From NCBI GenBank assembly GCA_964016885.1, contig OZ024740.1, forward strand, positions 306,528,001 to 306,592,000: a DNA stretch of 64,000 nucleotides, read 5' to 3'. The position numbers and the translations under genes were made by a program. Below, one piece after another: positions 41,463-55,551 of this stretch. Position 1 is the first letter of the stretch. Each line of letters starts with the position of its first letter. Source of the DNA: Eledone cirrhosa (Eukaryota). A model generated the notes under the pieces. It saw nothing but the letters and a program-made list of their open reading frames with translations. It was not told the origin of the DNA and did no database searches.

Positions 41463-44400
41463 CATAGATGAACTCATGGGCATCATTCGACGTGAAACAA
41501 AATATGCTCAAAACGAATGCAATAGACATTTCAATGAGAAATTAAGATGGATGAAGAAGAAAAAACAAGAAGGGAAAATAGAAAATTTACAAAAATCCAC
41601 AGATAACATCAGCAATATCCGTATGACTGACGTAGCATTACCGGCAGAATTTACCAAAGACCATACAATAAATATTTATGGGAACACTTTAATCAATGAA
41701 CAAGAACAACAGGCTCTACAGCTCCCACCAAAATTTGCTACTACAAAAAGATTAATCCAATCGAGTGTAAAACGGAGCTGGAAAAGTGTTTCACAAAAAT
41801 ACGTTGGAATGCGAAAATAAACAACAACAACTATATGGACAACAACAACAATAATAACGATAATAGTAATATAAACAATAACTCTGAGTATAGAAATAAC
41901 AGCTATAATAGTAATAGTCATAACAATAACAATAGCAGGAGAGTGAGAAATAGTAATAATAATAATGGTAATAATATTAACGATAGGCAGAACAACAACA
42001 ACAACAATAATAATAACAATAGAAACATTAACGTTAGACACAACAACAACCACAATAGTAATAATGGAAATAATACGAGTAACAACAACAACAACCACAG
42101 TAGTAATAATAGAAATAATACGTTCAGCAACATTAATGATAGACACAACAACAACAACAACAAAAACAAGAAACAATAATAAAAGCAACAACCACAATGG
42201 TAGAAATAACAGTAACAACAATAACAATAGAGAAAACAACAATACATCTAATAACCATAACAACAATACATCAAATAATCATAACAATAATAATAATGTT
42301 AATTGTAGGAACACCAACAACCATAATAACAATAATAGCAACACACACAACTATGACGATAGATATAATGACAACCCCTTAGAGAAACTATCCTTCAACC
42401 CAGCTGACAAAACATATAAAATGAGTAAAATTTATCCTACTAAGTTACCCTTTAATAAAAGGATTTGTATACCACAACAAATAGATGACGAGACAGAGGC
42501 ACAGTTCACCAAAGCTAGAAATAAGATTAGACAAATAGTAGACCGGTATACTAAGAGACAAAGCAGACCAGAGGTCCAACAACATGGAAGGAAACCTGTA
42601 GAAGGCTTAGTTACCCTCAAGCAGCGCACAAGGGATGGTGAGGTAGTGTGTCTACCCACAGATAAGTCTGGTAGGATGTCAATAGATAGCATGCCGAACT
42701 ACATCAAGGCTATGCAACCCCACATCACCAACACGAGCGAAATTACACAACAAACACATGAGGGGAAAGAGAAGATCCTCAACGCTCACATGATGATGTG
42801 GACCGACATCCTAAAGCCAAGCAAACGCACTGCCAACAACTTCCAGGCGTCTAACAATGACATACCACCCTTGTATGGGCTCCGCAAAGACCATAAGACA
42901 GTCGACGACCCGACAACAGGACCATCAACAAGATCTGTATGCGGAGCCAATATCGCTAGCAACTACAGGATCTCCTACTTCCTCTCAATGGTTATATACC
43001 CCATAATCAAGATGTCCCCAGATGTATGTGGCAGTACAGAGGTCCTCCTCAGCGGAATCAATGAAGGCAACAAAAACAAAAACCTATCTAACTGCATAAT
43101 AGGCAGTATGGACGTGGTATCACTATACCCATCCATTAACATTGATTTTGCTGTGGAAAAATGTGTGGAGATGATCAGTGAGAGTGAGGTGGAGTTCTGC
43201 GACGTCGACACAGATGAACTAGGCCTCCTACGTAGACTTACCTATCACACCGACTACCTAGACAGCCTTGACCATAGCTGTTTCTGCTCCAGTAGACCCA
43301 TGAGAGGTAGATCGCCCCCCCCCCCCCCCCTCCACCACCACCACCACCAACCTCGATGGCAAAAAAAACTCCCATGGGAAGGTGGATTGGGTGGACCAAA
43401 GCCATACGGAACCCCAAAACAATGATCAGGTAAGAAAAATGGTCGCGCATGCAATAGGGGCTAGTATCAAAACTACCCTAAAGGGCCACATATTCAAATT
43501 CAACGAGAAGATCTACACCCAAAATGAGGGAGCAGCCATTGGCGTCAGCATAGCTGGTGACGTTGCCAACCTTTTTATGGTATGGTGGGAAAGGAGACTC
43601 AAAGATCTCCTTGATGAGAGCTCCATAGACCTCATCATGTACTCTCGTTACGTAGACGATATTAATTTAGTAATAAGGACACTCCCACAAGAGAGAACTA
43701 ACAAGTATGATTTAGAACGTAGCACAATGGAAAGCATCCAGTAGATAGCTAATTCCATACACCAGAGTATAACTGTAACTATCGACTACCCTTCCAAACA
43801 CCCTAACAGTAGACACGGAGCTCTGGATTAACACTATATACGAGAGGGCCCAAAATTCTCCACTCACACTACACTAAACCCATGGCCTCCAAATACCTGA
43901 TACTCAAAAACTCAGCAATGTCCAGTTGTGCTAAGTTTAATATTCTGATCGCAGACTTGGTACGAGTGATGAAGAACGTGTCCCGCATGTGCGACCCAAC
44001 AGAAATGGAAAGACACATCCAACACTTCATCAACTGCATGCAGTTCTCTGGCTACAACCAAAGAGACAGAATCAGAGTATACGAAGGAGCCACGGAGAAG
44101 TATAAGACCCTCATAGAACTGGACATGAAAGGATTTGCCCATTATACAGGAGCAAATCATGGAATAGCTTAGATAGGACTAGACATAAGATAGGGAAAGC
44201 CACTTCCTGGTACGACAACCAGAGATACCAGAGTGTCATGTTTGTGGACGCTACCCCTGGAGGGAAATTAGCTAACCAGTGTAGAAAGGCCCTGAGAAAG
44301 ACCCACTTAAAGATTAAGGTGGTAGAAAAGCCAGGAACCACCATAAAATCCCTGATCAGCAAAACATACCCTTTTAAGAAAACCCACTGTACTAATAGGA

Positions 44401-44541
44401 AATGTGTTATTTGTAGAGTAAACCCCGGATAAACTGTAAAACTAGAAACGTAGTCTATAGCCTAAGATGTACAGAGGGTACTTGCAGAAACATGACAACA
44501 ACATACATAGGCGAAACAGCTCATAGCATAGGAGAAAGGAT
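41463..44541 (+). pseudogene. Second PLE (different lineage): Asn-rich linker, RT, GIY-YIG; frameshifted
   Basis: [73 protein letters not shown]...[13 protein letters not shown]. Confidence 0.88.
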
Positions 44542-44571
44542 AAACATACATACATATATAAACATACAAAC

Positions 44572-44655
<84 letters not shown>

Positions 44656-44687
44656 ATACATAGATATATATATATAAACATGCATAC

Positions 44688-44722
<35 letters not shown>

Positions 44723-44752
44723 TAAACATACATAGATATATATATATAAACA

Positions 44753-44823
<71 letters not shown>

Positions 44824-44977
44824 TTATATATATATATATATATATGTATGTTTATATATATATATATATATGTATGTTTATATATATGTATGTATGTTTA
44901 TATATATATAATTGAGTGCCAATACTGGAATTGAAATATCAAGACCGTAGAGGTATGTCATATATCAAATCATATAT

Positions 44978-45042
44978 TTTATCTGACGAGGACGTACTGG
45001 AAAAAAACAACAACACAGTACCTTCGAAACATATATAATAAA
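44978..45042 (+). ncRNA. Type I hammerhead, family H2b
   Basis: tttat-CTGACGA-GGAcGTACTG...CAGTACcTTC-GAAA-catat-ATA-ataaa. Confidence 0.75.
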
Positions 45043-45132
45043 GCATATATTTTGATTATGTGAATATCTTCATTTGTTAATATTTTGAATTATATATATG
45101 TATGTATGTATGTTTATATATATATATATATG

Positions 45133-45197
<65 letters not shown>

Positions 45198-45265
45198 AAT
45201 TTATATCTAGTAACATTTATATACACACAGATGCATATCAATGCTAGCAAATATATAGGTTTTGT

Positions 45266-45324
<59 letters not shown>

Positions 45325-45368
45325 AAATATATATGTATGTTTATATATATATGTATATATATATATAT

Positions 45369-45424
<56 letters not shown>

Positions 45425-45510
45425 ATACATATATATATATATATATATATAAACATACATATATATATATATATATAAACATACATATATATATATACAT
45501 ACATACATAC

Positions 45511-46110
45511 ATGGTGGCTGCCAACTCGTTTTCGAGTACGGCCACTACTTTATATCCATGTAGGAGAACCGCTACCTATGCGCTGAACGAGTGTGACTTT
45601 TTAGTCCATCCAGCGACTTGAAAACTCTGGTACAAACACTGCACTTGTGACAATTATTGACACATAGTGCTGGGCCCATGGTACCATGTGATGACAAGTG
45701 CAGAGAGATCTTCAGATATAAAGCAATGCCTGTGCTGTGAAGCTTTTATAGTGAGCAAAGGCACTGCACAAAGTCAGTCCTACTCTCTTAACCAAGATGA
45801 TATTTACCAAAAAGAAGAACAATTCAACATCATTGGATACCATCAGGGTTGCAGGTGTTATATCAGAGTTTTCCTTCTCCTAGAATTCTGCCTTGACAAA
45901 GGCTAAGGGGTCATCTCTCCCGGTGATTTTGGATGGCATTGACTCTTAAGAGCTCCTTTACCCTTTGACAGGTTTTGTTTTTAGTCCTGCAGGATGTCCA
46001 AAGTCACCCTCCTCACCAAGAAACCTTGGTGGGGTTGCCAGTTTAGTCGCCAACGACCCGACCATGAGACAGGTTGTACTGGGATACATGTTACCAGTAG
46101 CACCAACTGA
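45511..46110 (-). mobile_element. Non-coding ~600-bp element, family C (RTE-like 5' UTR, (GTAT)n tail)
   Basis: Near-identical copy at 57793-58400 and diverged copy at 58452-58980. Minus-strand ctaggagaaggaaaactctgat resembles RTE leaders (recognition, unverified). Confidence 0.65.
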
Positions 46111-46149
46111 CATATATATATATATATATATAAACATACATATATATAT

Positions 46150-46206
<57 letters not shown>

Positions 46207-46350
46207 CATACATATATACATATATATATAAACATACATATATATTTATACATACATATATATATATATATATATAAACATACATACATACATATATATA
46301 TAATTCAAAATATTAACAAATGAAGATATTCACATAATCAAAATATATGC

Positions 46351-46415
46351 TTTATTATATATATTTCGAAGGTACTGTGTTGTTGTTTTTTTCCAGTACG
46401 TCCTCGTCAGATAAA
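46351..46415 (-). ncRNA. Type I hammerhead, family H2b, intact inverted copy
   Basis: tttat-CTGACGA-GGAcGTACTG...CAGTACcTTC-GAAA-tatat-ATA-ataaa. Confidence 0.82.
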
Positions 46416-46509
46416 ATATATGATTTGATATATGACATACCTCTACGGTCTTGATATTTCAATTCCAGTATTGGCACTCAATTATATATATATAAACATA
46501 CATACATAT

Positions 46510-46540
<31 letters not shown>

Positions 46541-46667
46541 AACATGCATACATACATATATATATATATATAAACATACATACATACATATATATATAAA
46601 CATACATACAAATATAAACATACATACATATATATATATGTATATATAAACATACATACATATATAT

Positions 46668-46700
<33 letters not shown>

Positions 46701-46865
46701 AACATATATACATATATATATATATTTATTAAAATAGCGATTCTTTGCTTAAACTTTAATCTGTTATTTTAATAAATATTTGCTCTACGGTTCTTATATA
46801 TTTGATATATATTTATCCTTATCGAGCCCTCTTTGGATTTTAGTCTTCAAATTTATTATTATTAC

Positions 46866-46925
<60 letters not shown>

Positions 46926-46968
46926 CACGCGCATTTATTTTTTTTTTGGGGGGGGGGGGCAATATACA

Positions 46969-46997
46969 CCTAAATAGGCGTGCATCGTATGTATATA

Positions 46998-47072
<75 letters not shown>

Positions 47073-47300
47073 ATGTTTTCATAAAGGAAACTACGCAGAG
47101 GAGCGCAAACAAAAACGCAACACAGTCATACGTCATAGAAATACAAACAGACAATACACGTAAATAGCTAAACCCATACCCGCATATATACCCTTAATCT
47201 GTGACGTAGATAGTATTCGGCCTCCTAAAGTCAGCACGCCATATTAGGAAGATAGCTACTAGGGTGTTATCTATCATACCACCCGAATACAACTGACGAA
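46969..47300. promoter_or_regulatory. Candidate SRF/CREB cis-regulatory module
   Basis: CArG boxes CCTAAATAGG (46969) and CCATATTAGG (47239); TGACGTA at 47129 (minus) and 47202; TGACG at ~47294. Motif evidence only. Confidence 0.35.
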
Positions 47301-47597
47301 GTATTGTCATTGCCGCCCCGGTTAATTGTTACCGCTTATACGCTACTGAGTAGCTGTCTGCTGCCCGTTTGGATTATGGTGGATTATTATATCTGTAAGG
47401 TTGAAGGTGGTGGGGTGGTGGTGGTGTGGTGTTATAGGGCGGGGGGGGGGGTCGATGCAGGTAGGTAGGAGTTGGTGAGTCGGGGAGGGTGAGGGGTATG
47501 TCGGGGGAGGAGGGGGAATCAGGGGGGTATGCAGTGTCGGGGAGGGAGAGGGGGTATGTGGGGGTCGTGAAGGGGGAGGAGAGAGGGTGCTGTGTGC

Positions 47598-47628
<31 letters not shown>

Positions 47629-47779
47629 TGATGTTTGCCAGCGACGGTCGTGGTGATGCTGGTGCTGATGGTGATGGTGGTTGTATATTAATTATCATTT
47701 TGTGTTTATGTTGCTGTTGTAGTTAGAACCTGGAAAAGAAGATGAGGGTGGAGAGAGAAGTGCTGCCCCCCCCCCCCCA

Positions 47780-48160
47780 GTACCTTTGCTAAAAGTTGGA
47801 TGAATGTGGCGAGAATGGCCCGTGTGAGTGGGCCTACTCTGACCATGCGCCTATAGGCTGGCTAATTTGAGGACGAGAGGAGTGCTCTCCCCGGGTGCCC
47901 TAGAAGCGCAGGGTGGTTCAGTATTGGTGGGGTACGTGAGTCACCCCTGGGTCGTCCATTCCCCTATTGGGGAGTTTATTTTGTTATATTTATGCATAGT
48001 TTATTTTATATAATTTTTATACCTTCATTGTTAAATTAGTCTTGCCATTGTGCACTTTTACTCGACCTTATTGTAAACCCCCACTGTCTCTGTCTTTGTA
48101 TTGTCCCCTACATGTTGGCCCTTGTGGCCAATAAATAAAATCGTTTCTATTGTTATTGTT
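47780..48160 (+). mobile_element. L1/Tx1 3' relic
   Basis: gtggcgagaatggcccgtgtgagtgggcctactctg...tag matches the ORF2 end at 40405-40452; the 3' UTR ends ccttgtggccaataaa. Confidence 0.75.
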
Positions 48161-48863
48161 GCTGGTGGTGTTTGTTGTCGTATTCAGGAATATAAACACA
48201 CACACACACACGCACACACACGCACACACACGCACACACACGCACACACACACACACACACACCATTACACTATTTTAGAAAGCCCGTATATATAATATG
48301 TTACTGCTTTTCCCATTGCATGAACCCTCCTCCTTCCCATTCTTCTTCTTCTTCTTCTTCTTCTTCTTTATTCTTGAGCGCAGAAACCGCAGGGTCTTGT
48401 CAAAATCAACAGTCTCCAATTGATCCGGCTAGATCTCCAAGCGAGACCAACTGAGCTCAAGGTTAGTCTAGGATTATGATTTTCGCTAAGGGTAAAATAA
48501 CCAACTTTCTTAATATTGAGCTGGTGTTTAGAATATAACTTAACAAAGGTCCATATAAAATTGTGAAAGAATGTTTTTAGATAAATATAAACACTTTAAA
48601 ATAAGCAGTTTTGCATCATAAAACTAAAGGCGTTTAGGGTTAAAGAAAATCCCAGTTCTGCCGGGCCGACTAATCTCTCCTGTGTAAATCACATCAAAAG
48701 TGGAAAGAACACAAAATAGAGTCCCGTATATCATCAAAGATTGCGCACAGATCATACCCACAAATGATCTAAACTATAATAAAGTAAGAAGCGCGGGACT
48801 GCGTACGGTTTATAATATTTTATCCCTTTAGTAAAATAAGTTGGATTACTTTGAATAAATAAT

Positions 48864-49050
48864 TGTTTCTACTTTAGGCACAAGGCCAGCAATTACCCAG
48901 TACATTACTGGTACTTTATTATATCGACCCCGTAAGGATGAAAGGCAAAGTTAACCTCGGCGGGATTTGAACTCAAACCGTAAAGGGACGAAACTATGCT
49001 AGAAAGCATGGCGTCCAACCCTCTACCGATACTGCCAATTCACCGCCCTA
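48864..49050 (-). mobile_element. SINE family A with 19-bp TSD
   Basis: Direct repeat ATTACTTTGAATAAATAAT at 48845-48863 and 49054-49072. Confidence 0.92.
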
Positions 49051-50876
49051 ATCATTACTTTGAATAAATAATGAATGAATATTACATAATTTATCTAATA
49101 AATTTCGTAGTTGTTCATTAAATATATTTTATTACTTATTTAAAGATTCACTTCTTTAAAATGTTTAAATGTCAACACTTCCAGTTAGTGATCGTTTAAA
49201 TAAATATTCATATATTTTCTCCTAATGCAGTATATATATAATATCGTCTTTTTTAAATGTATCATGGATTACGTTACTGATTACATAAGACAGTGTAACA
49301 CAGTCTTCGTTCAATTTCTGTGTATATTCTCAATTACGATTTTATTTGATCATATCTACATGCATATATACTTGCGTATAATATCAATATACAGACTACA
49401 CATGCTAGCAGAAAACCACACTTCGGGTGGTTTTTCTGCTAGTCTACATAATAAAACGGAAATACTGAAAATAAGAAACTGTCTAAATGAACAAGTTCGT
49501 TGCTGCAACAACAGTCCCTGTTCCCAGCGTCGATTAGAGAGAGTAGCAGCCATGGTATTTACCAAGGGACCCATCACATTTAAAAAATAATTAATAACAG
49601 GAAACGCAATTCTATATTATGAGTTTTTGGTATAGTTGTGTATATGTATGTATAAATACACACATGAAAACAGTCTTCCGATTTCAGTTAATTTTGCGAA
49701 ACTTAATGATACTACATATTTTCAGAGGGTGACGATGCTTCGCTATCCATGCTAATACCTGCTACTAAATGTACAATAATTCCAAATCTCCCAGACACAT
49801 TTCCAACACCTCATCGGATGAACGCTAACTTTTCCCTGGGCACAAATAGACAGTCCTGTCTGGACTTCCCACTGCAAGCTCATAACAGCCACCTTCAATC
49901 ACACATTCATATCTATCATATAATAGAACATAAAACCACACAAAACTCTGTCTGGGGTTAGGAACATTTTTACGATCAAGAGCGAATTTCAAGTGCATAA
50001 GAACTTGTACCAGTGCCTCCAAACTGAGAAAAATATGAATCTTTAATCCTATGCACTAAGCAATATTATTGGTAATTAAAATATTATAATGCCTTAAATC
50101 CATTTAATGTAGTGTTTGAAACCTACATATATTCAATTACTGTAAGTGATTAAGAGACCTTTCGAAAGAATAAACAATTTCCACCAAATTTGTTATTAAT
50201 GTTTTGTCATCTCTTATTATTTTGATTTAAACCATAAGATTTTAAATACTAAAGAGTAAAATTCAACGAAATAATCCACACTGACAGACAGCCAGAATTA
50301 AACAATAGATGATAAGGGCCGTTTCAGCACTTTCTACTCTCATCTTTTATTTCTAATGTGATTAGAGAGGTTTACCAGTGTTCTTCACAATACTGTTATC
50401 TTTTACTCTGGTAACGGCTCAGTTGTCTACCCCTTTCGCTTGCCTTTTGTTGTATGTGGTCCCAGATGTGTTTTTTTTTCCTTTTTCTCTTTCTTTTCCT
50501 TTTTTTCTGTTTTCCCTTTCCCTTTCCTTTATATTATATTTGTTTGTGCTTTCGTTCTGTAAGCATTGTATTGTTATATCTCTTTTTAGTGATACAAATA
50601 TAGTGTTTAAAATGTAATGAAAAATACTTACAAAGTAAGGAAAAGAAGATATTAAACTTAATGCGGTGCCCCAGCATGGCCTCAGCCTGTCGGCTGGAAC
50701 ACGTAATAGAGTAATAGAATAATGCGGGTACGGGAGACAATTCAGGACTTATTTCGGCATTATTAGGTCTTTTCAGCGAAAAATGGACTTTACCGAATAT
50801 TTGTTTATATGCTACTCTTTCACTTTAATATTTCACTCCTACTAATTTCCAATATCTTCAGGATGCAATAATCACT

Positions 50877-51032
50877 GGACATGCTTTCCAGCATAGTTAC
50901 GTCCCCTTACGATCTGAGTTCAAATCCTGTCGAGGTTAACTTTGCCTTTCATCCTTATGGGGTCGATAAAATAAAGTACCAGTAATGTACTGGGTAATTG
51001 CTGGCCTTGTGCCAAATGTAGAAACAATTATT
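50877..51032 (+). mobile_element. SINE family A, 5'-truncated
   Basis: Consensus match. Confidence 0.88.
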
Positions 51033-51333
51033 TCTTTTCTCTCATTCATGCAATGAATACCAAACAGCAAACTTAAACATAAACATCGTACATATAAAAT
51101 ACACAGACACAATTAAAATAATTATACTCAAAATAAATAAGCACTATATGAACATAAAATAAATATATACAATATACACAATGTACACAAAACGCTAAAA
51201 CCTTAACATACTGCAATACAACACCAACTTTTAAGATAGCGAAACATATCACCAACAGATACGACATTCACGTGGCTATTATATAAGAAACAAATTATAA
51301 ATCCAGCACAAAACTCCTGAAATTCTAAATTAT

Positions 51334-51605
51334 GTGGAGGCGCGTGTCCTAGTGGTGTTGGGGCTGCGATCGTAATGTCGTGGGTTCGATTTCTGGGCTG
51401 GGTTGTGTGCTGTGTTCGTGAGGAAAACACTTCATTTCACGTTGCCCCAGTATACTCAGCTGAAAATGTGTACCAGCAGCAATTGCTGGGGGTTTAACCC
51501 TGCGGTGGACTAGCGTCCTCTCCGATGACTAGCGTCCTGTACTCTTAGTCGCTTCACGTCACAAAACCGGGATAAACATCAGCCTGACGAGTCTTCTGGC
51601 TTGAG
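51334..51605 (+). mobile_element. tRNA-derived SINE family B (resembles Deu/Nin-domain SINEs)
   Basis: A box tgtcctagtgg, B box ggttcgatt, core aaccctgcg(g/a)tggactagcgtcc, 3' aaaccgggataa. Confidence 0.8.
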
Positions 51606-52374
51606 ATAGAATTTAGAGAGCTATAAAAGCTCAGCAAGTTCTTTTTCGCCTTTCCAAACAACATATTTGGTTGAATATGCCTTCAGTGCTGTTATGGATA
51701 TATTTCCAGAAAAACGATAACATCTTAACATCTGATCTGTGGGTGTAGTGATCTTTAAACAATATTAACTGGGTTTGTTCCTCAGTTTTCTAATTTAATG
51801 TTTCTGCTCACACGCAGGTCAAGGTACACAGCAAATCAAATGAAAGCTTTAAGTTACGAGGATTTCGTTATTTTCCTCTTTTTTTTTCCATCTTTTTTTC
51901 TTTTTATGACATTTAATAAACCGCTCATCCCTGCAACATATTTGAACATTCAATTAATCGGAAACTCCGTGATCCATTGCAGCAAGGGTTTCATTTTTGT
52001 AATTTGATTGCAAGTAATAAAACATTTCATTCATTAACTGTTTGAATAATTACCTACATAAAGTCGTAATGGCGAAAAAACTACAAAATGACAATCCAAA
52101 ATGGAGGAAAAATTAATGAAAAGTCTCCCTCAAATCATACCATATCATCTTAAAAAGGAATGTCATTAAACAATGAAGACGTAAATATACAAAAGAGCAG
52201 ATGGATGAAACGCCTTTACTCATATAACTGTTTAATCAGAGTTGATCTGGAGTTAAACTCCAGAGAACATTAATTCTAACTGACCAATATATAGTTCTTC
52301 TTCTTCTTCTTCTTCTTCTCATGCCACATCATGTCTGATGGTCGGCAAATATGCGGTAAACAGTTATATGACAT

Positions 52375-52457
<83 letters not shown>

Positions 52458-52458
52458 G

Positions 52459-52740
52459 TGGAGGCACGTGGCCTAGTGGTAAGGGTGTTGGACTTACGAT
52501 CATAATGCCGTGGGTTCGATTCTTGGGTTGCGAGTTGTGTTCTTGAGCAAAACATTTCATTTCACGTTGTTCCAGTATACTCAGCTGGAAATGAGTACCA
52601 GCAATAGTTGGAGGTTTAACCCTGCGATGGACTGGCGTCCTGTTCAGTGGGGGGGGGGGGGGGGGAGAGTCTTGTACTCTCAGTCGCTTCACGCCATGAA
52701 ACCGGGATAAGCCAAATGAGCCTTCTGGCTTAAGACAGAC
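52459..52740 (+). mobile_element. SINE family B
   Basis: TGGCCTAGTGG and GGTTCGATTC boxes; same body as 51334. Confidence 0.85.
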
Positions 52741-53139
52741 GTTAGATATATATATATGGGGAGGGGGAGATTGTTTATCAACATATTTTTCTTTCTTTCG
52801 GGGTTGATAGAATAAAATACCAGTCATGTACCGAGGTCGATGTAAACCACCAAAATTGTTGGCTTTGTATCTAAAAAAGAAACTATTATTTCGGAAGTTT
52901 ATTTCTTAAATATGCCTCCTACTCAAAATCTGAAAATGGCATTAATCACTACCATAGATCTACTACATTCACAGCACACATAGGAGAAACAGCAAAGAAA
53001 GCAAAACGTCTCACAAAACACACTTAGAACACTCTCAGACATATATTTGACCACGCATGAAAAAAGACGACATTAATAAAGTGATATATTCATTGGTTCC
53101 AATATATTTACAAATTATCAAAATAAACTACAACATACA

Positions 53140-53305
53140 CAGTGCCGGATTTAGGACAAATGAGGTCCTGTGTTAGTTAAGTTATGAGGCCCCTTACTTG
53201 GGCCCTGAAGAAGGTGAAAAAATTGGGGGCAGGAAGATGGGCTCCCCCTGTCCAGCGAGCCCCTGTGCTTAAGCACACCTAAACACAATGGTAAATCCGG
53301 CACTA
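53140..53305. mobile_element. hAT-type MITE, family M1, copy 2
   Basis: TIRs CAGTGCCGGATTTA / TAAATCCGGCACTA; TSD AACATACA / AAAATACA (7 of 8). Confidence 0.85.
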
Positions 53306-53997
53306 AAAATACAATACAACACACTTTGCATCAACACAGACTTGACATAGACCAAACTATCTTCAAAATGAAAAGGAAAATACAAAAAAAAAAAAAAAAA
53401 AGATGAACATGTTAGTTGCACGGCTTATTATTTCGCTGTACTCCAGCCCTCGAACCTCCTGTCAATTCATGCACTCCAGAACACTGCTACACCACTTTCT
53501 AAGAACAATCATTTCAGACAAACACATTACACAAAAATAGAATTCGTGGTATCAATAACGTCATTAGCGCTAAAAGCTATGCTGTAATGGACAGATCTAT
53601 GAGTTGCAGAGGTCCAGCATTGTTCTGATCGTGTTCACAATATTATACTGTACTACAGAATATATTTATAGATTTTTAATCAACACTGTATGTGTAGACA
53701 GACGTTAAGATGCAAACATATTGTCTGACCGTACAATATCTTCACAGACAAAACTTAGGGTCAACTGGATTAGTTTCAATCCGATGCTGAGATTTCATAA
53801 CCGACTGAGTAACTATTTAACTGTCTGCCGAGATGGTTGTTATCAGCCTAATGTTACTAAGAGCTTAATTAAATTGAGTATACAAATAGTTCACTTTGCT
53901 CGTCTCAGCTGTGACAAAATCAAAATTTACAGGTATATAAAAGTGCATTTGTCAGTGCAGAGAGTACAACATATTCAGTCTACAACATTCCATCATA

Positions 53998-54378
53998 AAT
54001 AATTGTTTTTACTTTTAGCACAAGGTCAGCAATTACCCCCAGTGCATTACTGGTGCTTCATTTCATCGACCCCCGTAAGGATGAAAGTCAAAGTTAACCT
54101 CGGTGGGATTTGAACTCAGGACGGTAAGGGCCATAACTCTATGCTGCAAAGCATGGTGTCTGACGTTCTACCGATACTGCCAACATAAATATTTGTTTCT
54201 ATTTTTGGCACAAGGCCAGCAATTATCCCAGTGCATTACTGGTACTTTATTTTATCGACCCCGTAATGATGAAAGGCAAAGTTAACCTCGGCGGGATTTG
54301 AACTCAGACCGTAAAGCGGCGTAACTCTATGCTGCAAGGCATGGCGTCCTACTTTCTACCGATACTGCCAACCCACCA
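53998..54378 (-). mobile_element. Two tandem SINE family A copies
   Basis: Two consecutive reverse-complement consensus matches (~53998-54184 and ~54190-54378). Confidence 0.88.
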
Positions 54379-54611
54379 TGCAGTAATGTCCTCTATCAGA
54401 TATGTATACTACCTACGTATCAATGGTTCTCCGGATTTCACTTAGTCGTTCGACCAACTACGGCTATTTATACAATAGCAACATCAATAGAATCACATAC
54501 ACCTACACCACCAACACAAAAGCCATTACAACACCACCACCACAACTGGTCCCAACTGACTTAACGTTACCACAGCTACCACTAACGCCACCATCACTGT
54601 AACTAACTACT

Positions 54612-54880
54612 CAGGGGCCTCGTTTACATTCAAAATGTGAGGGGGACAAACCAACATTTGTTGATTCTTAAAGGAGCATGTTAGTATTGCTTAAGGTGCC
54701 TTTCCGGGACCCTATCACATAAGTAAAATTTTACGCTAATTAAATTTTATATATTAAAATGAAGTTCAGATATAAAAAAATAAGCTTAAAAAGAATTTAT
54801 TATATCAAATAAATAAAATATAGAGGTTTGAAAAAATGGGGGGACTTGTCGCCTGGTAACCACCTGAAACAAGGCCCTTG
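54612..54880. mobile_element. hAT-type MITE, family M2
   Basis: TIRs CAGGGGCCTCGTTT / AAACAAGGCCCTTG; TSD TAACTACT / CAACTACT (7 of 8). Confidence 0.78.
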
Positions 54881-55515
54881 CAACTACTACATCAACACCA
54901 TTAGCACCACCAACACAACTATTTAAGCAATGCCGCTACCACTACAAACACCAGCACTAACAACAACACAGAGAGCAACAACATAAACAACATCATTTAA
55001 AACAACCATAACTTACACCATCATCATTACAACCATTAACAACAACGCTAACAACAACAATACCACCACAGACGCCAATAACACCACCACCACTACATCA
55101 CCAAAGACAAATGACCTTACACTATCAATGAAGATAAACTGCCTCTAAATAGATCCTCTTTCATTGACGTCACTATCTGATGAATGTACACTGGTTGGTC
55201 GGATATCTTGGGTATGCTATGGTTTACATATCTACACACACATGTAGTGTAACACTTATACACCGATTCGATGGCAATCTTGAATATCTGATGTCTCCCT
55301 TATATGTACACAGACATACAGTCATAAATACATACACTTTTTCACGCAGAGACATACATACATACACATATGTACTCACAGGTACACAGACAAACATACA
55401 TACATATACATATATGCATACATACATAATACATACATGCATACATGCGTATATACATACATACATGCAAAGTACACACACACATACATATATACATGCA
55501 TACATACATACATTC

Positions 55516-55551
<36 letters not shown>

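Noticed and set aside
41463-44541. Selenocysteine recoding as described for Naiad PLEs
   Set aside because: Interruptions are frameshifts and TAG/TAA, not in-frame TGA at Cys positions; the 3' UTR where a SECIS would lie is missing.
49356-50022. Host gene exons in the unique region
   Set aside because: Short ORFs with no recognisable domain or consistent splice pattern; cannot be supported without transcripts.
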